From the NCBI GenBank assembly GCA_012519085.1, contig JAAYQX010000061.1:3987-67986 (forward strand): a stretch of DNA of 64,000 nt, read 5' to 3'. This document shows, piece by piece, positions 29,083-36,616 of this stretch (position 1 is its first letter; the number at the start of each line of letters is the position of its first letter). The notes below the pieces were generated by a model that saw nothing but the letters and a program-made list of their open reading frames with translations, was not told where the DNA came from and ran no database searches. Source of the stretch: Clostridiaceae bacterium (GTDB lineage Bacteria > Bacillota > Clostridia > Saccharofermentanales > DTU023). The translations under genes and the position numbers were made by a program.

Positions 29083-29358
29083 TTAGTTGTTGACTTTTTC
29101 TTTTAGATTTTTACCGGCTTTAAAAACGGGTGCTTTAGACGCAGGAATATGAATTTCCTCTTTAGTGCTTGGATTGCGGCCTTTACGGGCAGCACGCTGA
29201 CGCACTTCAAATGTGCCAAAGCCAACCAATACGACTTTTTCCCCCTCGGCGAGAGTATCGGTAATTGTGTTTAGCACTGCATTGATGGCCAATTCGCTAT
29301 CTTTTTTACTAAGCTTTGTTTTTTTGGCAACTGCATCAATTAGATCAGTCTTGTTCAT
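29083..29358 (-). CDS. hup: HU-family DNA-binding protein
   Basis: 91 aa: [11 protein letters not shown]...[42 protein letters not shown]. This is a canonical HU. An AGGAGG RBS is present. Confidence 0.95.
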   Translation of the reverse strand: MNKTDLIDAVAKKTKLSKKDSELAINAVLNTITDTLAEGEKVVLVGFGTFEVRQRAARKGRNPSTKEEIHIPASKAPVFKAGKNLKEKVNN

Positions 29359-29456
29359 GGAAAACCTCCTTGGAGTCTTGATTCTTCCCTATTATTAACT
29401 ATGATTTTATATAATGTCAAGCCTGAAAGTGCCTAACTACAATGTTTTGCGCCTTT

Positions 29457-29482
29457 CCGGCAATAATTGTTGCGGTTTTTTT
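29457..29482 (+). terminator. Terminator-like hairpin plus T7 tract in the leader of the DUF1858 gene
   Basis: CCGGCAA pairs with TTGCGG (one bulge, 6-nt loop, 29457-29475), followed by TTTTTTT (29476-29482). There is no + strand gene upstream of it. Confidence 0.4.
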
Positions 29483-29545
29483 AGTGGTAAGATACTATGG
29501 GTTAATAAAATAATTAGTTTTTTATGCTTATTGGGGGTAAATACT

Positions 29546-29758
29546 ATGACCGCACTGGTTACTAAAGACATGCTGGTTTCCGACATTATCGAACGGGATC
29601 GGAACTTGGCCGGAGTATTTTTCGCCTATGGCTTATATTGTTTGGGCTGTGTGTTGGCTCACCATGAAACCCTGGAGCAGGCCTGCCAGGCGCATGGCAT
29701 TGATGTAGAAGCACTTGTCCGGGATCTAAACCAGTATTTGGAGAAACACGCAAGCTAA
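29546..29758 (+). CDS. DUF1858-domain small protein (hybrid-cluster-protein-associated redox disulfide type)
   Basis: MTALVTKDMLVSDIIERDRNLAGVFFAYGLYCLGCVLAHHETLEQACQAHGID fits the DUF1858 pattern with a CxxC motif. The ATG at 29546 follows TGGGGGT. The upstream part of the listed ORF is AT-rich leader. Confidence 0.65.
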   Translation: MTALVTKDMLVSDIIERDRNLAGVFFAYGLYCLGCVLAHHETLEQACQAHGIDVEALVRDLNQYLEKHAS

Positions 29759-29771
29759 TCTGATCAGCACT

Positions 29772-31640
29772 ATGAGAAAACCTGTACGCAGAATCACACC
29801 TAGGAAAGCATTTCTTATGGCTTATGATGCAATAGCATCTGTTATTGCAATTCTTTTAGCTTTTTTTCTATTTGATACTGAGTTACATCTGACGCTGCAA
29901 ACCTTTGAGCGCTTTAAAAATACTTGGTATATCTATCTGCTAACCTCAATCGTGGTTTTTTATCTGATCGGTTTTTATGATCAAATGTGGGCTTATGCAA
30001 GCGGAGTGACCTACCTGATTCTGGTGGCGGGTGTAACATTTCAGATGCTTTTGTCTTTAATTATTACCCAGATTATAGGGCAAAGGCTGCCGTTTCAAGT
30101 TTATATTGTCTACTGGTTTTTGCTCTTTACCGCAGTTGCAGCGATTCGTTTTATTTACCGCCTGACCAGATCGAAAAATGTTCTATCGCGTCTATATCGA
30201 GATAATAGGAAATTTTCCACCGAACCTGTAATCCGTGTGATGATCGTCGGGGCCGGCATGGCCGGCAGCCAGTTGGTTACAGAATTACAAAGACAGAATA
30301 AACGGATTCCTTTGTTGGCGGTTGATGATAATAAGCTCAAGCAAACTTTTAAAGTAAACGGTGTTCCTGTTCTGGGTACTAGGCACGACATTCCGGATCT
30401 GGCCAAAGAGTATAGAATTGATGAAATCATCTTAGCTATACCCAGTGCTTCCAGTAAAAATATCCGCGAAATTATTGAGATCTGTCAGCAGACGAAATGT
30501 GATATTAAAATAGTTCCTTTCCTCAGCAATGCAGTGGAAGGACGTTCAGATATTGGCGAGATCAGAGATATTGACATCCAAGATCTTTTGGGTCGAGAGC
30601 CTGTTATTTTGGATACTGCCGGTATCAGTGAAAAATTAAAAAATAAAAAAGTGCTGGTCACAGGAGGCGGTGGCTCGATTGGTTCTGAACTGTGCCGACA
30701 GATCGCTTCTTTTATGCCTTCGACAATCCTAATTTTTGATATTTATGAAAATAATGCCTACTCATTACAATTGGAGCTGTGCAGGGATTATCCTTTCGTT
30801 AAGACTCAGGTGTTGATCGGTTCTGTGCGTGATAGAGAACGGGTAGATGAAGTTTTTAAAATTTGGAAACCCGACCTGGTATATCACGCAGCTGCTCATA
30901 AGCATGTTCCTTTGATGGAGGATAATCCATGCGAAGCGGTTAAGAACAATGTGTATGGTACATTTAATGTAGCTGATGCCGCAGGAAAGTATAAAGCGGA
31001 AAAATTTGTGCTTATTTCTACCGATAAAGCAGTCAATCCGACCAATGTTATGGGTGCGACGAAAAGGCTGGCTGAGATCACAACTCTTGCCATAAATATG
31101 AAGTACCCTGCGACCACCTTTGCCTGTGTTAGATTCGGCAATGTGTTGGGCAGTGAGGGCAGTGTCATACCTTTGTTCAAGAAGCAGATCCAAACGGAGA
31201 AGCGAGTCACCGTAACGCATCCGGATATCAAACGCTTTTTTATGACAATTCCGGAAGCTTCCTCCTTAGTAGTGCAGGCCAGTTGCTTTGCCAAGGGCGG
31301 AGAAATCTTTATCCTTGATATGGGTCAACCTGTCAAGATAGTTGACTTGGCAACTGACTTGATTCGGCTCAGCGGTTATGAGCCAAATGTCGATATACCA
31401 ATACAGTTTATTGGCTTGCGTCCGGGTGAAAAAATGGTAGAGGAATTGTTTTTGGATGAGGAAACAATCCAGACCGAACATTCCGAGATCTATATTCTTG
31501 ACCAGATCAATACCACTGAGATGCTGGAGCAGGAATGGAAGCATCTGAAAAAACTGATCAAATGTCCGCAAAATGCCGATGAGCTGGATCAGCATATGCA
31601 AGAATTAATCCATCTGATCAATCCGAAAGCTGCACAATAG
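29772..31640 (+). CDS. Membrane-bound CapD/PglF/WbpM-family nucleotide-sugar 4,6-dehydratase
   Basis: 622 aa with 4 N-terminal TM segments and two Rossmann motifs (VGAGMAGSQL and VTGGGGSIGSEL). Also contains ISTDKAVNPTNVMGATKRLAE and HAAAHKHVPLME. Confidence 0.85.
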   Translation: MRKPVRRITPRKAFLMAYDAIASVIAILLAFFLFDTELHLTLQTFERFKNTWYIYLLTSIVVFYLIGFYDQMWAYASGVTYLILVAGVTFQMLLSLIITQIIGQRLPFQVYIVYWFLLFTAVAAIRFIYRLTRSKNVLSRLYRDNRKFSTEPVIRVMIVGAGMAGSQLVTELQRQNKRIPLLAVDDNKLKQTFKVNGVPVLGTRHDIPDLAKEYRIDEIILAIPSASSKNIREIIEICQQTKCDIKIVPFLSNAVEGRSDIGEIRDIDIQDLLGREPVILDTAGISEKLKNKKVLVTGGGGSIGSELCRQIASFMPSTILIFDIYENNAYSLQLELCRDYPFVKTQVLIGSVRDRERVDEVFKIWKPDLVYHAAAHKHVPLMEDNPCEAVKNNVYGTFNVADAAGKYKAEKFVLISTDKAVNPTNVMGATKRLAEITTLAINMKYPATTFACVRFGNVLGSEGSVIPLFKKQIQTEKRVTVTHPDIKRFFMTIPEASSLVVQASCFAKGGEIFILDMGQPVKIVDLATDLIRLSGYEPNVDIPIQFIGLRPGEKMVEELFLDEETIQTEHSEIYILDQINTTEMLEQEWKHLKKLIKCPQNADELDQHMQELIHLINPKAAQ

Positions 31641-31658
31641 TAAATCGGAGCCAATTTA

Positions 31659-33479
31659 ATGCCTTTCAGAAACCATCTAAGTTATTATTTGCGCTACCTG
31701 ACAGGTCCGTTCTTGTTCCTGATTGCTTTTTTATTGCTGATACGGGTTTGGCGAGCAGTCAGGGTGCAAATGAAAATTTCGGCACAACCGGCGACCTATT
31801 TCTTTTTATTGCGTGAAAGCCTAAAAAAAGAAAGTTTTTTGCCGCAAAGGCTCTTTCATACTAATCTGATTGGAACGGCAAGTTTTGCCGATGTGCGCCT
31901 GCGTGACAAAGGCGTCAAAAGGAGACACGCCCAACTGTTTCTCTATGATGGGGCATGGTTTTTAGAACCTGTTTCTAAGCGCTCCTTGACCTGGATTAAT
32001 GGCCAGCCGGTAAGTAAAAGAACTAAAATCCAAAATAATGATGTATTTGGTCTGGGCAGTACAAAGCTGACCCTGGTTGATGATAGAAAGTATTTGCCGG
32101 ATGATGGTCATAAAGATGTCTTGGAAAGTATTACCACAGCTACAAGTGGCCAAATATCCGTAACTTTGATTCTACTGCATCTGTTTTTTACACTATGTAT
32201 GGGCATTTTGATCTATTCGCTGCCGGAACCTTTCCTGCCACATCGTCCCTTTATTGTTGGATTTAGTGTTTTGGTGCTGGCAGTGTCCGATCTAATTTTC
32301 CTACTCTTAAATTTACTACTCAAAAATTTCAACAGAGATATTTTTCTTGCTTTTAAAGCGCTATATCTAACGGGTTTTATTATCCAAACAAGGTTTTCTT
32401 TTTGGGGATTAAAAACCACCGGTGACAAAAGAGAGCAGGCGATTGCTACAAGATTATCGGATTGGGGTCAAATATGTCTGATTATTGTAGTGGGCCTCTT
32501 GCTTGTCTTAGTCATCAGCTTGGTCTCAGCAAAAACCAGATTATTAGAAAAACTGGGTCTGATTGCGATGATCGCTACAACTCTGAGTTTGCTTCTGACA
32601 TTAGTCTTGGGACGCGGTCAAAAGACACATGGTGCAGGTCTGTGGATCTATATAGGTTCACGCACTATTCAACTGACGGAGTTTGCCAAAGTGGGATGGT
32701 TGTTGGTACTGGCTGCATTTTTTAAGACTAGACCGCCACTAAAAATCCAAATTCGCTTTGCGATTTGGGCAGCAGCAAATTTTGTTTTATTACTGCTACT
32801 GCCCGATCTTGGTTCAGCTATGATTCTCTTGCCGGTCACTCTGATCGTTTTTGCGGTTATGACTTCGGAGTATCTGCTCACATCATTAGTACTGGTTTTA
32901 GGAGCCGGCGCCAGCGTTTTTGCCTATCACAGCTTGCCGTATGTACAGAGGCGGATCTATGGTTGGATCTCCCTGTGGGAAGAGGTTAATCCTCAAAATA
33001 GTCAAATTGTCTATGCTTTGCAGGCTGTGAGTAGAGGTGGGATTATTGGTCAGGGTTTGACCAGAGGGTCGCCGGAGTCGATTCCGCTAGCCGCAGAGGA
33101 TATGGTTTTTTCGATTGTTTGTGAAGAATTAGGTTTAATCACAGGGATTGCTATTATTATGCTCTTTTTTGCTATCTGGTTGTCAGGTATTACCGCAGTT
33201 ATGAAAGGGCGGGATGGCTATAGTGTCAGCCTTACTTTGGCTCTGACAACCGCCTTTTTTATGGAAACGATCATTGCAATTGGCGGCACCACCGGGCTGA
33301 TACCTCTGACCGGGATTACTCTGCCCTTTATTGCCCGCGGCGGCAGCTCGCTGTTGGCCAAATTTATGATGTCCGGACTTTTGCTGGGAGTGGCTGCCAG
33401 GAGAGAGAAAGGCGGTTATCGACGCTCTAAAACAGATGGAGTTGATACTTCAACCTTAGGCTATTTGTCCAAGAATTAG
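31659..33479 (+). CDS. FHA-domain / SEDS (FtsW-RodA-SpoVE family) fusion protein
   Basis: 606 aa. Residues ~45-141 form an FHA-like domain (IGTASFADVRLRDKGVKRRHAQLFLYDGAWFLEPVSKRSLTWINGQPV...VFGLGSTKLTL). Residues ~165-590 are a polytopic SEDS core (QLTEFAKV, LLLPDLGSAM, ESIPLAAEDMVFSIVCEELG, GLIPLTGITLPFIARGGSS). Confidence 0.85.
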   Translation: MPFRNHLSYYLRYLTGPFLFLIAFLLLIRVWRAVRVQMKISAQPATYFFLLRESLKKESFLPQRLFHTNLIGTASFADVRLRDKGVKRRHAQLFLYDGAWFLEPVSKRSLTWINGQPVSKRTKIQNNDVFGLGSTKLTLVDDRKYLPDDGHKDVLESITTATSGQISVTLILLHLFFTLCMGILIYSLPEPFLPHRPFIVGFSVLVLAVSDLIFLLLNLLLKNFNRDIFLAFKALYLTGFIIQTRFSFWGLKTTGDKREQAIATRLSDWGQICLIIVVGLLLVLVISLVSAKTRLLEKLGLIAMIATTLSLLLTLVLGRGQKTHGAGLWIYIGSRTIQLTEFAKVGWLLVLAAFFKTRPPLKIQIRFAIWAAANFVLLLLLPDLGSAMILLPVTLIVFAVMTSEYLLTSLVLVLGAGASVFAYHSLPYVQRRIYGWISLWEEVNPQNSQIVYALQAVSRGGIIGQGLTRGSPESIPLAAEDMVFSIVCEELGLITGIAIIMLFFAIWLSGITAVMKGRDGYSVSLTLALTTAFFMETIIAIGGTTGLIPLTGITLPFIARGGSSLLAKFMMSGLLLGVAARREKGGYRRSKTDGVDTSTLGYLSKN

Positions 33480-33502
33480 AAAGTGAGATTGCATATTGAG
33501 TC

Positions 33503-34915
33503 ATGAAACAATTTTTACGCAATCTAAAAGTTGTATCGATTCTGTTAGTTCTGCTGGTTGCTTTCCTGATGGTGGGTCTCCTTGTGCAACAAAAGAGGAG
33601 CCAGCGGGAACTCTCAGTAGCGGTAGGAGAGAACAAACAAGCCCTGAGGCAAAGATATATGCGTGCAGGTAGCATTTACAGTGCGGATGGGGTTATACTG
33701 GCGCACAGCAAAAACGGCGAAAGAGAATATGCTGCTGATCCCGCTTTAGCCAGAGCATGCCTACATTTGGTTGGAGACTATACTCATCGCTTGCCTTATG
33801 GCATTGAGTCAGTATATATGCCGGAATTACTCGGAACGTCACGTTCCTTTTTTACACAACTGTTTCTCGATTTCAAGAAACAAGGTTTTACAGGCAACGA
33901 TCTGATTCTAACAGTGGATTCCAAGCTTATGTTGAAGGCAGACAGTTTATTGTCGGACTATTCTGGAAGTATTGTGATGTTTAACTACCGGTCAGGAGAT
34001 ATTTTGGCTCTGGTGAGTTCACCACGCTTATATCCACAGGATGTTATAGACTGGACCAATATTGTTGATAGTTCATTATTTAACAGAGCGCTTCATGGGC
34101 GCTATCTACCGGGCTCTACTTTCAAAATTATCCCTACAGCTGCTCTTTTGTCAGATGGCAAGCTTGATGTCACAATGACAGTTGATTGCAAGGGCAAAGA
34201 ACCTATAGTTCCTGCCGGAGCAAAAGAGACGCTGACGCCGAAGGGACATGGCAGAGTTGGCCTAGCTCAGGCTTTCCCTAAAAGCTGCAATGCTTTCTTT
34301 GGTCAGCTGGCGGTCGAGTTAGGGCGTGAACGCTTACTTGAACAGGCAGAGAGCTTTGGTTTTAATCAAGAATTATTTATTGATCGCCTAAAGGTTGCCA
34401 CCAGTACTATTGATCTTACAGAACCAGGTATAGGCGCGCTATCTTGGGTAGGTGTGGGTCAACCGATAGGCCGGGACAGACTTACTCTCAGTCCGGTACA
34501 TCTGGCCATGTTGTCCGGTGCCATTGCTAACGAAGGGGTATTGATGAAGCCTCATCTGCTCAGACAGGAAATTGATCCTACAGGTGTTGCCGGTCGGGAG
34601 AGAGAGTCAGAGCAGTATTCTATTTGCTGCGATCAACACATTGCAGCAGCAATTGAGAAGTTGATGTTAGATACCGTATCCTCAGGTACCGGTAAAAGAG
34701 CATATCGTGACGGATTGGAAATTGCCGGCAAGACTGGTACAGCTGAAATGATTGATTCTGATGGAAAGTCAGTTGTTAATTCTCTTTTTACAGGCTATCT
34801 GATTTCAGAAACCCATCCAATAGCTATTGCTGTTGTGTTAGAGGATGAAAACCGCGCTGCCGCGCAACTGGCCGGTGATTTACTAAGTTATGCAGCGAAA
34901 CTGGATTTACCCTAA
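33503..34915 (+). CDS. PbpA-type class B penicillin-binding protein (transpeptidase)
   Basis: 470 aa with an N-terminal TM anchor. Carries SxxK (GSTFK), SxN (KSCN) and KTG (GKTGTAE) motifs. It lies immediately downstream of the SEDS gene. Confidence 0.85.
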   Translation: MKQFLRNLKVVSILLVLLVAFLMVGLLVQQKRSQRELSVAVGENKQALRQRYMRAGSIYSADGVILAHSKNGEREYAADPALARACLHLVGDYTHRLPYGIESVYMPELLGTSRSFFTQLFLDFKKQGFTGNDLILTVDSKLMLKADSLLSDYSGSIVMFNYRSGDILALVSSPRLYPQDVIDWTNIVDSSLFNRALHGRYLPGSTFKIIPTAALLSDGKLDVTMTVDCKGKEPIVPAGAKETLTPKGHGRVGLAQAFPKSCNAFFGQLAVELGRERLLEQAESFGFNQELFIDRLKVATSTIDLTEPGIGALSWVGVGQPIGRDRLTLSPVHLAMLSGAIANEGVLMKPHLLRQEIDPTGVAGRERESEQYSICCDQHIAAAIEKLMLDTVSSGTGKRAYRDGLEIAGKTGTAEMIDSDGKSVVNSLFTGYLISETHPIAIAVVLEDENRAAAQLAGDLLSYAAKLDLP

Positions 34916-34946
34916 TGCTATGAATAAATGTTAAACTTAGTTCAAG

Positions 34947-35546
34947 ATGGAAGTTCCGTGGATGCAATGGCTTCAAGCTGCCAAGGCGGGTGACTCTGAA
35001 GCAATAGATCAAATGTTGGAAGCTTTGATGTCGAGGCTTTATCCCTTATGTCTAAAAATGACGAGCAATTCCTTTGATGCTGAAGATTGTTTGCAGAACT
35101 CACTGATCAGGATTATGAACAGTCTCAACAGCTTTGCCGGGAAAGCTTCTTTTTTTACTTGGTGCTATCGCATTACCATCAATATCTGCTACGATTTTCT
35201 TCGCCATAAGAGTAGACAACAAGAAGATCTCTGGGCTGATGACTACGCAGGATTATCAGCTCAGAATCAAATTCCTGTGAGTGAGGAAGCTGAACGCGCT
35301 GAGATTGTGTCAGAGATTCGTGCGGCTTTGCTATGTTTACCGGAACCTTTCCGTGACACTGTGATTTTGTATGAATTGGGCGGCTTCAGTGTTAATGAAA
35401 TCGCTACGCTGCAGGAAATTCCAGCCGGAACAGTCAAGTCTAGATTAAGTCGCGGCAGGGCTCAGTTAGCACAGACGATTCAAGAAAGGGAAGGCAACAA
35501 AATATTAAATCCGGGAACCATTCAATCCGATCCGTCGTCAAATTGA
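34947..35546 (+). CDS. ECF-type RNA polymerase sigma-70 family factor
   Basis: Region 2 is FFTWCYRITINICYDFLRH and the region 4 HTH is SVNEIATLQEIPAGTVKSRLSRGRAQL. Length 199 aa. Confidence 0.85.
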   Translation: MEVPWMQWLQAAKAGDSEAIDQMLEALMSRLYPLCLKMTSNSFDAEDCLQNSLIRIMNSLNSFAGKASFFTWCYRITINICYDFLRHKSRQQEDLWADDYAGLSAQNQIPVSEEAERAEIVSEIRAALLCLPEPFRDTVILYELGGFSVNEIATLQEIPAGTVKSRLSRGRAQLAQTIQEREGNKILNPGTIQSDPSSN

Positions 35547-35582
35547 TGACAGCAATGATTGATAACAGGTGTGATTACAGAT

Positions 35583-36593
35583 ATGAGCACAGATGAGAAA
35601 AATATGAATCATCAGCAACAAGGGAGTATTTCCGAGCAGCTGGATCAGAAACTGGTTGACCAAGGGCAGTTTTTGCTGGCTAAGTTTCGTGCTGAAACAG
35701 ATGCAGTCAGTCAGCAGCCCTTGACAGATGAACAAAGGAAGCGGATTAAGGCTAATGTCTTAAAGAATATGAATCAACCAACTCTTAATATTGTCGAGAC
35801 ACAGACACCAAAATCATCAAATTTCGGCCGGCTATTTCTCAAATATGCTGCCCCCGTTGCAGCAATTCTTGTGATTGCGCTAGGCTTGATGCAGGTGACA
35901 AATTTGTTGAGCTCAAAAGATGCAGCTCCTACTCCTGAAAAAGGCATGTTTACAAAAGCCGAAGCGTTTTTGGCGCCGGGGCAAGATGCTGCCGCTGCCG
36001 ATGATGATATTGGCCGAAATCATCTAATGGCAACTGAAGCAAATTTAGAGGCTACAGAATCACTTGCTGCCGCGGAAGCGGAAGGTGATGAGGAAGCAAT
36101 GGCTGCTGCTGAAGAATATGCTTATCCTGCTGAATCGCCTGCTGCAACCGGGACTGGTGTTTTCGACATTAAAGTCAAAGAAAATTTTGATCAATGGGAC
36201 AGTCTCTTTGTACAGATTTTGGAGCAAGCTCAATGGATCAGAATAAATGATGATCAGATATCTGAGTTGCGGAATTCTCTGGCGCAAATCTGGGAAAGTG
36301 AAGAAATCAATCTAACTATCTATCAAAAAGATTCTCTTGCTCAAACTGCCCGACTGGGATATTTATGTTTATCAATTGATCATTATGATGGACAAACGCC
36401 TTATATAGTTCAGACCGAGTCTCTTCTGGCGGCAAAAGGCTGGTCATTTGATCTTATCGAAAACAGCGATGATATGCTTGAATTTCTCTCATCTACTGAG
36501 GCACAATTGAAACAGATAGCTGATCAGATTGCGGATGCTGTCAACTGGACTGAACCGGTGGATCATATTCTGATCTGGCTGCTGGCAAAATAG
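35583..36593 (+). CDS. Putative single-pass anti-sigma factor (non-ZAS) with an acidic Ala/Glu-rich extracytoplasmic region
   Basis: It lies directly downstream of the ECF sigma gene. One TM segment is present (AAPVAAILVIALGLMQV). There is no HxxxCxxC motif. The assignment rests on position only. Start is ATG 35583; the ORF track uses TTG 35559. Confidence 0.45.
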   Translation: MSTDEKNMNHQQQGSISEQLDQKLVDQGQFLLAKFRAETDAVSQQPLTDEQRKRIKANVLKNMNQPTLNIVETQTPKSSNFGRLFLKYAAPVAAILVIALGLMQVTNLLSSKDAAPTPEKGMFTKAEAFLAPGQDAAAADDDIGRNHLMATEANLEATESLAAAEAEGDEEAMAAAEEYAYPAESPAATGTGVFDIKVKENFDQWDSLFVQILEQAQWIRINDDQISELRNSLAQIWESEEINLTIYQKDSLAQTARLGYLCLSIDHYDGQTPYIVQTESLLAAKGWSFDLIENSDDMLEFLSSTEAQLKQIADQIADAVNWTEPVDHILIWLLAK

Positions 36594-36616
36594 TTCCTGA
36601 AGAAAGAGGTAATACT

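Noticed and set aside
29414-29545. The upstream 44 codons of the 114-aa ORF that contains the DUF1858 domain.
   Set aside because: The region is AT-rich, contains a terminator-like hairpin with a T7 tract, and has no RBS. The domain begins at Met 29546, which is preceded by TGGGGGT.
34880-34946. Possible ECF-type autoregulatory promoter (GAAAC...) upstream of the sigma factor gene.
   Set aside because: GAAAC is present, but the motif 16 nt downstream is CTAT rather than a CGT-type -10. This is too weak to call without knowing the ECF group.
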